This document shows, piece by piece, positions 1-12,818 of a DNA stretch of 64,000 nucleotides. Position numbers and translations under genes: made by a program. Positions within the stretch are counted from its first letter, which is position 1; every line of letters starts with the position of its first letter. This stretch comes from Mytilus californianus (Eukaryota), in the NCBI RefSeq assembly GCF_021869535.1, contig NW_026262604.1, forward strand, positions 1,054,001 through 1,118,000, read 5' to 3'. The notes under the pieces were generated by a model that saw only the letters and a list, made by a program, of their open reading frames with translations, made no database searches and had not been told where the DNA came from.

Positions 1-137
1 TTTTCAATGGCTGATATCACAAAAACAAGGACACGGACCTAACATTTTTATGCTTTTTTAGTTCCGTTATTCATGTACTATCAATTCATAACAGTCTTTT
101 TAAAATCTTTTATTTTGAAACAGTGTAGCGAACATCC
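1..137. mobile_element. End of a Kolobok-like TTAA MITE, cut by the window edge
   Basis: Ends GCGAACATCC|TTAA; reverse-complement match to the left part of 10987-11373. Confidence 0.75.
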
Positions 138-495
138 TTAAGTTATATTCATATTCGGTATAATTTGTGTTTGTTTACATTTTCTTTTAAATTTAAATGT
201 TATTTTAATTTGTTTTTATTTGCTTTGAATAAATAAAATGACGAACAAATGGTATATTTACCTGCAAGTTGTCACGTTTGAAATGTACATTCTTATTAGT
301 TTTACTGATTAACTGATTACATTACAATTTTAATCATATGAAATTAAAATATTTTGAAATGTCAGTAAATATTTATGTCTTAAAATAAATAATTGTTTGA
401 GAGGTGTACAAATATCTCAACACAATGCATCTGTCAGAAATAAAACATGTATATTTGTTATATTAAATTCTTGAATAACCCGAATATCCTGTCAA

Positions 496-712
496 GAGGG
501 TGTGGAAGGGGGTTTACAGAATAGAGAATAATGGGCGAAAAAAAAAAAGAATAGAGAAAAATGGACCAAAAAAATAAAGAATAGAGAATAATGAGGTGCT
601 AAAATATAAAGAATAGAAAATAATGGGGTGCTAAAATATAAAGAAATTCAATAGGGAAAAATGGCCTAAAAATTAAAGAAAACAGAAATGAAGGGACCCA
701 ATCCATACCATC
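496..712 (+). mobile_element. GAGGG-terminal MITE, family 1
   Basis: Degenerate 16-bp TIRs, exact 6-bp TSD TGTCAA (490-495, 713-718), internal AAGAATAGAGAATAATGGG subrepeats. Confidence 0.85.
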
Positions 713-904
713 TGTCAACACCACTCATCTATGTATCAGTGCAGTTTTAAAATCATTTTAACTGGTATACTTTTATATTTTTATATTCGTACTCAAAGCA
801 CGCTTTTGAAATTGTGACTACGAAGAACATTGCCTAGAGAGAAAAATACAAGGTATATACTTGTAAACAGTGTCATGGAATGGCAACGAATTGATGAAAG
901 ATGT

Positions 905-1148
905 AATTGAATGATAAGTGTTTAATGCCACTTTCAGCACTATTGGCTATTTCGTGGCGGTCAATTTTTATTGGTGGAGAAAGCCGGAGAGAACTACCGA
1001 CTTTCGGCAGGAAAACTGACAATCCTTGTCAATTAAGATTGGAGTCGAGCTCACATACCACGTGCGGGGTTCGAACTCACAACCTAATTGTTGACAGGCT
1101 AGTGAAACAGAAGTTGAACTATTTAGACAACTCGACCACCGAGGCCCC
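905..1148 (-). mobile_element. tRNA-derived SINE, near full length (V-domain-like centre)
   Basis: On the minus strand: GGGGCCTCGGTGGTCGAG head (A box), GAGTTCGAACCCC B box, TTCTCTCCGGCTTTCTCCACC core; several other copies in the window. Confidence 0.85.
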
Positions 1149-2102
1149 TACTGAATATGTATACGCGATAGGAAGTAAAATTTAATATAAAAGTTCTGCT
1201 GTGTTTGACTTCAGACACAACTTCAATGTATTGAGCCCAAATCCATACAATTGTGACATTAGAGGGCTCGTCGTTTTCTTAGACGTGCTTTTTATACGTT
1301 TATTATATTATTTTTTTTCTTTGACAATTCGTAATTTATTCTATTTTCACACATTTATAGGTAGTCTTGCATATTAACAGTTCTAAATAATTGTATGTAT
1401 CTTTTGTAGTATAAATGTCAAAGATATGTTTTTTTTTTTTCGATATTTAGTTGCAGGTTAAAAATATCATAAAATCCTAAATTCTGCCAAGTTCCGGTTA
1501 TTTCGCATTAATTTCAATTAGCCATGTACATGTTGTAGCTGAAGAACTTTAAGTAAAAGTAGAAAAGTCACGAAGGTATCTTCACAAACTTTAGTTTTCA
1601 TTATTGCAATGAATTTGATTTATTTTATGATAATAATGGCAAGTGATGTTTGCATTAGTGCACTGAAGTAATTTAGTGCGATCTACTATGGATAATATGT
1701 AAAACTTGACAGATTAACAATTGCGTTACATAATTATCAACAATTATGAATTTCACAATGTACCTTAAATCAATATTAATTCGTAGTAGTTCTTTTTAAC
1801 AATAATTCAGTGTTTGGAATAAATGAATAGAAAAACAACTTTATTAACCGAGTTAAAAGGTAAATCTTACATACAGTTAAATTAGTCAATATTCAACGGA
1901 GTAGAGCTAATGACCAAAGAAATAGTTTAACGCCGCAATGTTAGTATGTGCTTGTCCGAAACTTGTTAGTGCATGGTTGTCTGAAGTAATAGAAATACGT
2001 TCTTTTGCATGGTCTTTTAAATAATTTGATGTTGTATTTAGGCTATCTTTTTTTGTCTCTGATAAATAGTCTATTTTCATACTACCGACTTTCGACAGGT
2101 TA

Positions 2103-2224
2103 AATCAAGCTTACAATCGGTGCAAAGTGGAGAAAAAATATCTGCTTTATATTTTCTATACACGACAAAATCATCGGAAAACCTTTTATTTTTTAACGAA
2201 ATTGCACCGATTGTAAGCTTGATT
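2103..2224. repeat. Perfect 23-bp inverted repeat with a 76-bp spacer
   Basis: AATCAAGCTTACAATCGGTGCAA (2103-2125) and its exact reverse complement (2202-2224). Confidence 0.9.
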
Positions 2225-2870
2225 CACTTCTTTTAGTAACTCTTACTTGACCGACTACCAGAATGTCCTACCAGAGAGTAAGTAACCTGTCAAAAACTAT
2301 ATACTCTGAAGTCTAAAGTCGACAATTTTAAACAGTATCAATGTATCCGCAGTTAATAACATAGTTAATACCAATACAGTTCATAAGTATTTAACACAGA
2401 ATATTTAACCAATCTAAGTAAAATTCGATCTTTCAATTTGACCGAATATCTTTTGATCAAAGTAACTACCACGGATCATTGTTTATTACACATGATCAAA
2501 ATATTAATTGCTGTGTAGAATAAAAGGCGGTAAATATTATTATTCACAACAGATTAAGATAGTATTCTAAATGGAGATTGGCGTTGACTTTGGTATTTAA
2601 TATGATAATGAGAAATTCTAAACACTTTTGATAAGATATATTTGGTAACAGACAAGTGAAGCAGGTGTGGATACGTTTGTCTCTTGCCTTTTTGTTCCAC
2701 TATCTTAATATTCCGTTAAGATTGATCGAATCGTGCCGTTGTCTGTACACGTACATGCATTTAGATGTTCGATATAAGATTAATTGTCGAGCCGAACCGT
2801 TGTCTATACACATATTCAGATGTTCGATATAAGATGAATTGTTCAGATGTTCGATAGAAAATAAACTGTC

Positions 2871-4480
2871 GAGCCGAACCGTTGCCTGTACACGTGTTTT
2901 TCTATTTAACATACGATAGACTGTCGTGTCGGAACGTTGCGTGTACACGTATTTTTCTATATACATACGATAGACTGTCGTGTCGGAACGTTGCGAGTAC
3001 ACGTATTTTTTCTTTTTAACATACGATAGACTGTCGTGTCGGAACGTTGCGAGTATACGTATTTTTCTTTTTAACATACGATAGACTGTCGTGTCTGAAC
3101 GTTGCGAGTACACGTATTTTTCTTTTTAACATACGATAGACTGTCGTGTCGGAACGTTGCGAGTACACGTATTTTTCTTTTTAACATACGATATACTGTC
3201 GTGTCGGAACGTTGCGAGTACACGTATTTTTCTTTTTAACATACGATAGACTGTCGTGTCGGAACGTTGCGAGTACACGTATTTTTTTATTTAACATACG
3301 ATAGACTGTCGTGTCGGAACGTTGCGAGTACACGTATTTTTCTATTTAACATACGATAGACTGTCGTATCGGAACGTTGCGAGTACACGTATTTTTCTTT
3401 TTAACATACGATAGACTGTCGTGTCGGAACGTTGCGAGTACACGTATTTTTCTTTTTAACATACGATAGACTGTCGTGTCGGAACGTTGCGAGTACACGT
3501 ATTTTTTCTTTTTAACATACGATAGACTGTCGTGTCGGAACGTTGCGAGTATACGTATTTTTCTTTTTAACATACGATAGACTGTCGTGTCTGAACGTTG
3601 CGAGTACACGTATTTTTCTTTTTAACATACGATAGACTGTCGTGTCGGAACGTTGCGAGTACACGTATTTTTCTTTTTAACATACGATATACTGTCGTGT
3701 CGGAACGTTGCGAGTACACGTATTTTTCTTTTTAACATACGATAGACTGTCGTGTCGGATCGTTGCGAGTACACGTATTTTTCTATTTAACATACGATAG
3801 ACTGTCGTGTCGGAACGTTGCGAGTACACGTATTTTTCTATTTAACATACGATAGACTGTCGTGTCGGAACGTTGCGAGTACACGTATTTTTCTTTTTAA
3901 CATACCATAGACTGTCGTGTCGGAACGTTGCGAGTACACGTATTTTTCTTTTTAACATACGATAGACTGTCGTGTCGGAACGTTGCGAGTACACGTATTT
4001 TTCTTTTTAACATACGATAGACTGTCGTGTCGGAACGTTGCGAGTACACGTATTTTTCTATTTATCATACGATAGACTGTCGTGTCGGAACGTTGCGGTT
4101 TTTCTATTTAACATACGATAGACTGTCGTGTCGGAACGTTGCGAGTACACGTGTTTTTCTATTTAACATACGATAGACTGTCGTGTTGGAACGTTGCGAG
4201 TACACGTATTTTTCTATTTAACATACGATAGACTGTCGTGTCGGAACGTTACGAGTACACGTATTTTTCTATTTAACATACGATAGACTGTCGTGTCGGA
4301 ACGTTGCGTGTACACGTATTTTTCTATATACATACGATAGACTGTCGTGTCGGAACGTTGCGAGTACACGTATTTTTCTATTTAACATACGATAGACTGT
4401 CGTGTCGGAACGTTGCGAGTACACGTATTTTTCTATTTAACATACGATAGCCTGTCGTGTCGGAACGTTGCCAGAACACG
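2871..4480. repeat. 55-bp tandem satellite, about 28-29 near-identical copies
   Basis: Unit TAACATACGATAGACTGTCGTGTCGGAACGTTGCGAGTACACGTATTTTTCTTTT; period 55 checked at 3076/3131/3186/3241/3296; diverged units extend back to about 2725. Confidence 0.97.
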
Positions 4481-4675
4481 TGTTTAGTCTTTCTATATTC
4501 GGTCAAGGTTGATGTTTTCGATGCTGTTGACTATATAAACAGAATTTTCAAATGTAAAAAAAAAAGCCAAGCAAACACACATTTTTTTCTTTAGTTTGAT
4601 TCTTTGTTGTTGGTTGGTTTAATTCATATTTATGTTGGCGGCGGGGGAGGGGAGTCATGTTATTGTTCATTACAG

Positions 4676-4781
4676 ATGCAGAGTTGATACCGACCAACAT
4701 CTTGATCATTGCGACTTTAAGATGGAAAACGGCAATAGAAAGCGCTGTTCCTTTGCTTTGTGTTTTAGCAAATTGAAATAA
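4676..4781 (+). CDS. Candidate terminal exon of an upstream gene, CRVDTDQHLDHCDFKMENGNRKRCSFALCFSKLK*
   Basis: Acceptor tattgttcattacag|, locally raised GC, 34 open codons with 4 Cys, and AATAAA overlapping the stop. No upstream exon was identified. Confidence 0.35.
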
Positions 4782-5604
4782 ATGGTTTTAGGTCATGAAG
4801 TTATTCATCAGATCACTTCTTTTCCTTTATTTGTTTAAAGACCAAATTAATCAAATTGATATTTGATAAGTGCATTTAATGAAATTAACGAGGCTTGAAA
4901 TAATTTGTGAAGTTTGTTTAAATATCCATTCATTGAAAAGAACATTTGTAAACAAATAGTCACTCATATGTTACTTGTTAAATCATGAAACTAACAAAGA
5001 AGAAGTTGTAAAAACTTAATTCACGTGTGGCCGTTGGTTTTCATCGAGAATATCATCCAGATTATGTATAAAATGTTTGTCACTGGACGTTAAGCAAGAA
5101 AACATAAATGAAGGAACATTCAAGATAATTAATTTTGATATTTATAAAGAAGTGAAACTTATTTTTGAACAGTTTTTTGCTGTTTGTCGTAGGAGATCTA
5201 TCACCCAATGAATGCTCTTTACAGGAAATCAAATGTGTAAAGTGTACCGGATCGGAACTTTATTTTCCCCAAATCTTGGTTTTTTATGAGTTTTGGCGAG
5301 TACCTATTCGTATATATTTGCAAGGTGTATATTCACGTTCGGAATCAAAGTCCATATATAGTGAATTTTTTTTTTACGAAACGAAAAACACGTAAAACTA
5401 TCATTACTTGAACAATTTGAGAGAAACCAATGTAGTCCTATCTTAATTTTACGGCACACTAAACCACCAACTCTCAAAACAGCCATTTTCGTCTCCAGTA
5501 TCTGGGACTTATAAAACACATCTCCTTGCTGATCTGATGTGACTGTATATCAAAAGGCGCACAAACATAAACCAACGAGACGACCCTTTAAAAAAATATT
5601 TGAC

Positions 5605-6510
5605 AGACTCCTGACAACACCGCACAACCAAATTCACGCCTCTCTGTAGTTGTTGTACAACGTAAAGACACTTGCTCGTGCAGACAGCTTAACAATAAAC
5701 GTATTTATACACACCGCACAACCAAATGCATGCCTCTCTATAGTTGTTGTGCAATGTAAGGACTCTTGAACGTGCAGACAGTCTGACAATAAACGTATTT
5801 ATACACACCGCACAACCAAATGCAAGCCTCTCTGTAGTTGTTGTACAATGTAAGGACTCTTGCACGTACAGATAGCCTAAAATACTGACATTCGTGTATA
5901 TTATTAACATCTTCCTGTAGAGTGCACGTGCATGACAGCGTGTTATAAATCCCATACAACAAAAAGCATGCCTCTCTGTAGTTGTTGTACAATGTAAGGA
6001 CTCTTGCACGTACAGAGCCTGACATACCGACATTTGTGTATATTATTAATATCTTCCTGTAGAGCGCACGTGCATGACAACGTGCTATACATCCCGCACA
6101 ACCAAATGCATGCCTCTCTATAGTTGTTGTACAATGTAAGGACTCTTGAACGTGCAGACAGTCTGACAATAAACGTATTTATACACACCGCACAACCAAA
6201 TGCAAGCCTCTCTGTAGTTGTTGTACAATTTAAGTATTTTTGCACGTACAGAGCCTGACATAATGACATTTGTGTATATTATTAATATCTTCCTGTAGAG
6301 CGCACGTGCATGACAGCATGTTATACATCCCACATAACAAAATTGAAGCCTCTTTGTAGTTGTTGTACAATGTAAGGACTCTTGCACAGTACAGAGCCTG
6401 ACATACTGACATATGTGACTGTATAGTATTAACATTTTCCTGTAGAGCGCACGTGCATGACATCGTGTTATACTTCCCATACAACAAAATGGAAGCCTCT
6501 CGACAGTTGT
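5605..6510. repeat. Composite tandem array of ~94-bp and ~142-bp units sharing a core
   Basis: Core CCTCTCTGTAGTTGTTGTACAATGTAAGGACTCTTG recurs at spacings of about 94,93,142,143,94,142,148. Confidence 0.9.
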
Positions 6511-6639
6511 TTAACGTGCTGTTTGAATTTAAAACTAACACACGTATTTAACTTAACTCCCTCAATACATTGTAAGACCGGACATTACTGTGCAATTATT
6601 TTTGTACGGACTCCTTCTTGTGCAAAAATCCCCATTCAG

Positions 6640-6923
6640 GAGGGTATGGATGGGGTGGTCCTTCATTTCTGTATTCTTATTTTTTTCGCTCATCATTCTT
6701 TATTTTGAAAATAATGGCTATTCTGTGATTAATTAATAACTGTATTCTGGGCATTGTTCTTTTCTGTAATCAGTATATTTTTATCCAATTCTTTAATCTT
6801 TGCAGTTATTCTTTATATTCTAGCACCCTATTATTCTCTAGTCTTTATTTTTTTGCCCATTTTTCTCTAATCTTTATTTTTTTGCCCATTATTCTCTATT
6901 CTGTAAACCCCGTCAACACCCTC
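6640..6923 (-). mobile_element. GAGGG-terminal MITE, family 1
   Basis: TIR-like ends; exact TSD ATTCAG (6634-6639, 6924-6929). Confidence 0.85.
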
Positions 6924-7431
6924 ATTCAGTATCAAGTTCTGCCTTTTTACAAAATTACAACAATGTCCTAAATCTATGTACAGAAGCTATATCTACAATG
7001 CATTTTTTTATATATATTACAGTTTGCTTTTCCTCAAATTGTATGGATACATGCATTACTACGTTTCGCTAAATAAAAAATAGTAAAGAGGTAACGAGTC
7101 TCGTTTCAGAATATTTATAAATAAACTTATCATGCCACATATCTATTCGCACTAGAACATTTAAATCAAACCTTTGATTGATAGTAAACTAAGTTGTATG
7201 AAATACTTTCATTTTTACTCGTATCACGGCTGAATGCGTCAGTTATTGAAAATCTGTGATCGTTTCGGTATTTAATTCGTGTATTGCCTTTCAGTATATG
7301 TCAATACTTAACAGTTTATTGTAACCGCTGCACATACAAGATAAAGGTAGGTCGAATTTTGTATTGTTATTTCATATATATATATATTTTCTATAACAGG
7401 ATTAAATTTATATATTTTTTCTGACTGGTTT

Positions 7432-7500
7432 TTTTTTTCATTTATAGTGACTGTATATTTTTTTTCATTTATAGTGACTGTATATTTTTTCATTTATAGT
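7432..7500. repeat. Short tandem repeat, about 2.5 copies of TTTTTCATTTATAGTGACTGTATA
   Basis: Direct reading of the sequence. Confidence 0.8.
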
Positions 7501-8381
7501 TTAATTGTTTACAATTTTTTTTAACGTCCGTTTTTTTTATTCAGATAAATAAACGCAATATGTTTTATATTAATGTAAAAATTTAAAAAAAAATAAATTA
7601 AAATAGCATAAACAGACCAAAAAATAAAGAAGGACACAATCTGTCAATTTTCATTATTAATTGTGATTCGAGTTTAAGTTTGTGCTAAAACTGTACTAAG
7701 TTTAATATGTAAGTGTATTTAGTGTTGACCATAAGGACACAATTATTACATTGATTTAACTATTTATATTAGAGGTGGTTGATGTATCATTTTTTTAGTA
7801 TTTACTGTTATTTGTTTCATTTGAATCTTGTTTAGTTAGTTTAGTTGATTTTTTTAAAAAAATCGTATTGCCTTGATTTTTAGAAAAAAATGATGAAATG
7901 TATTGTAAACCATTTTACTCGAGAGTTCTATGTGACAGTCATACCAGTGAGAGGTTTAGGTAGCTATAAAACCAAGGTTTTATTAATCCACTATTTTCTA
8001 CATAAGGAAATGCCTGTACCAAGTCAGGAATATGACAGTTGTTTTTCATTCCTTTGATGTGTTTGAGCTTTTGATTTTGCCATTTGATAAAGGACTTTCC
8101 ATTTTAAATTTTCCTTGGAGTTCGGTATTTTTGTTATTTCAATTATATTGGTTAATAGAAAATGGACGAAATACTACCTTTCATAATGTATCTCTTTTAC
8201 ATCAGATGCATGTGAAATTAAAAGAAAATGTTTTGACGCATCATCAAAAAATAATAAAATGGTATTTCGTTGAAAATATAGACCTCATCAACTTGAAGTG
8301 CTTTGTCATTTATGTTACTACTTGCTAAGCTTCATTTTGTAACTGTAAGGAAAACAATAATCAAACAATCCGTCAATTTAA

Positions 8382-8655
8382 AGTGGTACCAAACACCTTG
8401 ACTAAAATTAATTTGGCTGGTTTAATTTTCATAAAATTTTGACAAAATATTTACTTTGACCTTTTGACAAAAAATATAAAAATTTCAAAAAACTTGAACT
8501 ACACACTTTCTCGGAAAAATTCAATAGATATATAGCAGTCCGACAAACACTAATTTTGATCATTGAGATGCTTAATATTTCCTTAACAATAGAACGTGAT
8601 TAAAACGTTCAGCTGATTTTTTCAGAGTTATCACCCTGTAGTGTTATGTACCACT
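8382..8655. mobile_element. Kolobok-like MITE
   Basis: TTAA|AGTGGTAC ... GTACCACT|TTAA. Confidence 0.75.
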
Positions 8656-9015
8656 TTAAATGATTTTTACGTAGAATCATATCGGGAACTCATGCTACAG
8701 GTACAGTGGGTGTCATTGTTTTACTGACAAAATATATCGTCTTTGTGATATCTCCCCCCAAGTCACTTTAATCTTCTTCCAATTGGCAGTAATACCCCAA
8801 ATTTTCAGTGGCTGTCCAAATTTGCCCGACCGTCATCTTGGACAGCATCTATTACAATATTACAATATCCTTTTTTGGTATTTTTGTTAATATGTTCTTG
8901 TCTTGGACATGCTTGCGATGTTTGCCACTGGACGTTAGGTAAGCAATAATCTTTCAATCAATCATATATTCCATTCGATAAAAAAAACACAATCATTACC
9001 TAACGAGTTATGCAC

Positions 9016-9321
9016 ATACCGTGAAATTGGTCAAAGTATTACAAGGAGTATAACAATACCACTGTGGTCAAAGTACTACAAGGAGTATAAAAATACCACT
9101 GTGGTCAAAGTATTACAAGGAGTATAAAAATACCACTGTGGTCAAAGTATTACAAGGAGTATAAAAATACCACTGGTCAAAATATTACATGGAGTATAAA
9201 AATACCACTGTGGTCAAGGTATAACAACGCGTATAAAAATACCACTGTGGTCAAAGTATTACAAGGAGTATAAACATACCACTGTGGTCAAAGTATTACA
9301 AAGAGTATAAAAGTACCACTG
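9016..9321. repeat. 37-bp minisatellite, about 8 copies
   Basis: Unit ACCACTGTGGTCAAAGTATTACAAGGAGTATAAAAAT; period checked at 9061/9098/9135. Confidence 0.95.
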
Positions 9322-10499
9322 AAAGTGAATCGAATGATTAAAACTCGCCAAGTTTCTGCATTACTGCAATGTACTTTACCTTACAATTTGGTTTTGTGCG
9401 TAAATAATTGATTGCTGTCTGGTGAAAAACAGTGTTTTGTGATGAATAACGGATACCAACCACTCTTCCATTTATTTACTGGCAACACAAAGTAAAATGT
9501 TGTTAGATAACGCATTTTCAATGGCATATTTAGACGATCTTTTTCGCGCCCACACAAAACCTTTTACAAATCTGTGACTGTATATATTCAGTATACCTAC
9601 CAAATGTTCATCTGTGTCTAAGAAACAAGCATAATCTTTATTTAATATACAAAAATATAATTCCATTGTTGTATCGTGTGGATAATAGTTGTAAATATCT
9701 TGCTCTTTTATGCAAATTAAGTAATTGGAAAATGTTAGTTTCAGTAACATTATAGGATTACATAACATCATTAACAGAACAGACGATCAGGAAACATAAT
9801 TTGAATTTAAATTAAGATTTGAAATAAATGTTCAGTGCACAATACTCTCCCCGGCTCATTAATATTTCATTAGACCAATATATAATCTGTTTCCGTCTTA
9901 AATGGCAATGTAACACATCAGAATCGTATAATGACGGTGATTAATGCATTCTCATGAAATCAATGTATTCAACAGATATTAGTTGATGTGTTATCTAGGC
10001 AAATGCGGCATGCTGGTACGATGTCAAGGCTTGATAAATATATTAGCAAGATTTTGTCAAAAATAAATTAACAGATTAGAGCTTAAAACTTATATATAGT
10101 AGGCAGAACGGAACGGTTAACCATAATAGACAGTAACAAGTCAAAAAATGTACCAAAACACATGTTTCGGTCATAAGAAGGGGTAACAGTGCCACTGTGG
10201 CTCCGTTTATGTTTCGAAATGCAAAAATTTGTATCACCACATATAGTAGTTGAGCTATATTAATTAAAAGAATACCAAAAGTAAATAGCCAAAATTTAAG
10301 AAATTATGAAAAATAAGTTGGACTTTTTAGTTTAAGCATAATTTACATCAATTATACAGGGATCAAAAATACCATCGAGAGATCATTATATCTGATAAAA
10401 GGACCAGCTTGTGTGCTTTCATTTCTACATGTAGCCTCTCGATCGTACCTTACCTTCGATTTTGATTGGCAGGTATATAAACAAGATCATGAGTCTATT

Positions 10500-10680
10500 T
10501 ATTCAGTGTTTGTCGTTTGTTGGTGTCTGTCATTTTTGTTTTTAGCATATTGTTTTGTCTTGAATCAGGCAGTTGGGATTAAAGGTTGAATTGTATAAAA
10601 TTTTGTTATGCCGAGCCTTTTATTTTATATGGCATGTGTTATGCTCATTATTGAAGGCCTAATGGTGACCTATAGAAAAT
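10500..10680 (-). mobile_element. Fragment of an abundant unclassified dispersed repeat (GAGACAACTCTCCACAAGAGAC family)
   Basis: Matches copies at about 15215-15520, 16395-16545, 21825-21880, 60180-60560 and 63580-63670. Confidence 0.6.
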
Positions 10681-10986
10681 TTATTTTGTAATTTGATTAA
10701 ACATAACAGTAATAAAGCTATTTTAGCGTTAGATGAAAGGACAAAGATTTGACGTTCTAAAAACGCTTGTTTGAAAATACAGAAAGAAAATCTTTCTAAT
10801 TTTATTTTAATCAAAAGCAAATCAATTATCAGGCATGTCCTGTATGTCGTTTTAAGAAGGTAATCTTTGCGGACTTCAACTTCGGCATTGCTGATTTTAA
10901 AAGATGAGAACAAAACCTATTTTTTTACACTGAAACTAATCCCAAAAGTACACACATTTCACATCACTTTTATATCTTTTATTTAA

Positions 10987-11373
10987 GGATGTTCGCCACT
11001 CTGTTTCAACATAACAAGCTTTTCAAAAGACTGTTATAATTGATAGTATATAAATAAAGAAACTGAATAGGCAGAAAAATGAAGGGTCCGTGTGCTTGTT
11101 TTCGAGATATAAGCCATTGAAAATTTGGCGGGAAATAATTCTCTCTAGATTTTTCATGCATTTAACATTGGCACCTTTTTTCTTTCAAATACGATGAAAA
11201 AATAACAAGGATTTTATAAGATTTTTAAAGATGACATTTTAAACTATATGTAATCAAATTTTGGAAAGAAAAGTAGTGGTAAGTGGTCAAAATTTTTTAA
11301 TATCACTACAAGAATAAAACCAGGGGATTGCGAATATCTGGCAAAAATTCAAAAACAAGAGGAGCGAACATCC
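10987..11373. mobile_element. Kolobok-like MITE, complete, 387 bp
   Basis: TTAA|GGATGTTCGC ... GCGAACATCC|TTAA. Confidence 0.88.
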
Positions 11374-12094
11374 TTAATTGATAAGTATGACTTTGTTATA
11401 TGATTTATTGATTGTTGCTTATAGGTCCAAGGGTGTATTTAAAAGACAGACAAGGAAAATTGTCGCAGGGCACCCCTTACATCAACCCCAACTTCGACAT
11501 CAGTCAGTTGTGTAAAAGATAAAAATACCCAATTATCCGTTACACAGAACCAAGTCTTGTAAAAGTTTAATTTACTTTTATTGGTAGACTAGAAAAGTTG
11601 TCATGTTGTCGTCAAGTACTTATTAGATTTTATTAAAATTTAATATGTCATTTATTTCGGAATAAAGACTTTAGGTAATAGACCGTTACTTAGAAAACCG
11701 TACTTCACATGCCAACGTGAAATATACCCTCAGATACAACCTTAAAAGATTTCAGTCAATATATAATAATAAAACTGACAAAAGTAAACCAAAATATACA
11801 CATAAAATGCAAATAATGTAGAATTTATTTACACAACACTATATATTATTTTATGTTTTTTGCATTAAGTACTTATAAAAACATTACCGACCCCCTTTGT
11901 TCTTTATTAACACTATAAATTTAAATACCTATAAACTATAAATCTAAAGTGTCAATTCCCCGTGACAAGTGCATATTTCAGTTTTGTGGAATAACTGCTA
12001 GCTTTGTTTACCCTTTTCACCTGTACAAGATTTCTTTCATCTTTTAATCAAACACCCATTTTCTAACTTGTATAAATAAGGTATTCAGATATCA

Positions 12095-12302
12095 GACGGT
12101 CTAGATGGGGGTATACAGAATAGAGATTAATGGTCAAAAAGTGCAGAATAAATAAAGGGCAAAAACAAATGAGTGGAGAACAACCGGCCAAAAAATAAAG
12201 TATAGAGAATCATTGGGTATTAAAATCTAAAGAATATAGAATCATGCATGGGCAAAATAGATAAAAAAAAAATGAAATGAAGAACCCCCAATACAGACCC
12301 TC
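12095..12302 (+). mobile_element. GAGGG-terminal MITE, family 1
   Basis: Exact TSD ATATCA (12089-12094, 12303-12308). Confidence 0.85.
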
Positions 12303-12502
12303 ATATCAGTTTATTTCTTTTTCGACCTGTGTTTACAGGTTGAAATTACGTCTTTCATCTCATATATGTCAATTTCAACGGTGAACTGGATTGATCTTTA
12401 ATGGCGTGAAAGTAACATACAAGCGACCTTAATGTGGATAGTTAGCTGTGAAAGACCTGCTGTTTTCCTCTGACTATTTGTCAACTGTAAATGTATGTGT
12501 AT

Positions 12503-12695
12503 GAAGGCTTGTGTGGGGTTAGCAGATATACAATAATGGGCCAATACATATAAGGAACAGAGAATAACGGGGGAAAGAATGGGGTGCTAAAACTTTTAAA
12601 TAGAGAATAAAGGAATCAATAATGAATAGAGAACAATGGCATAAAAAATCAAAGAATACATAAGTGAAGCCCCTTCCCCTTTAACCCAAATCCTC
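12503..12695 (+). mobile_element. GAGGG-terminal MITE, family 1, degenerate
   Basis: Exact TSD GTGTAT (12497-12502, 12696-12701). Confidence 0.8.
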
Positions 12696-12818
12696 GTGTA
12701 TTATACATATTAATTTGAGTGTTGTGTCATTATAACTATTATAAAATAAATTACCCAAAAAGTTGATGATGGGTAATTTCACAAATCGATCAAATTTAAA
12801 TCGAATATTTAGACATTT

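Noticed and set aside
907-1185. ORF 907..1185 and similar ORFs at 40119 and 41420; also tRNA genes at SINE heads
   Set aside because: They overlap SINE copies; A/B boxes run into SINE cores and no full cloverleaf is seen.
2871-4480. CRISPR-like array
   Set aside because: Units are contiguous and near-identical with no unique spacers, there are no cas genes, and the context is eukaryotic.
5304-5519. MAVLRVGGLVCRKIK..., resembling a mitochondrial targeting peptide on the minus strand
   Set aside because: No convincing donor site and no downstream minus-strand exon was found.
2700-6541. Minus-strand ORFs in the 55-bp and composite arrays
   Set aside because: The peptides simply repeat with the DNA period.
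10818-10859. QINYQACPVCRFKK, resembling a RING-finger end
   Set aside because: The short motif is plausible by chance over six frames, the splice sites are weak, and no other RING half was found.
12339-12490. Strong acceptor followed by a possible exon
   Set aside because: All three frames close within 21 codons; it can only be UTR, and there is no further support.
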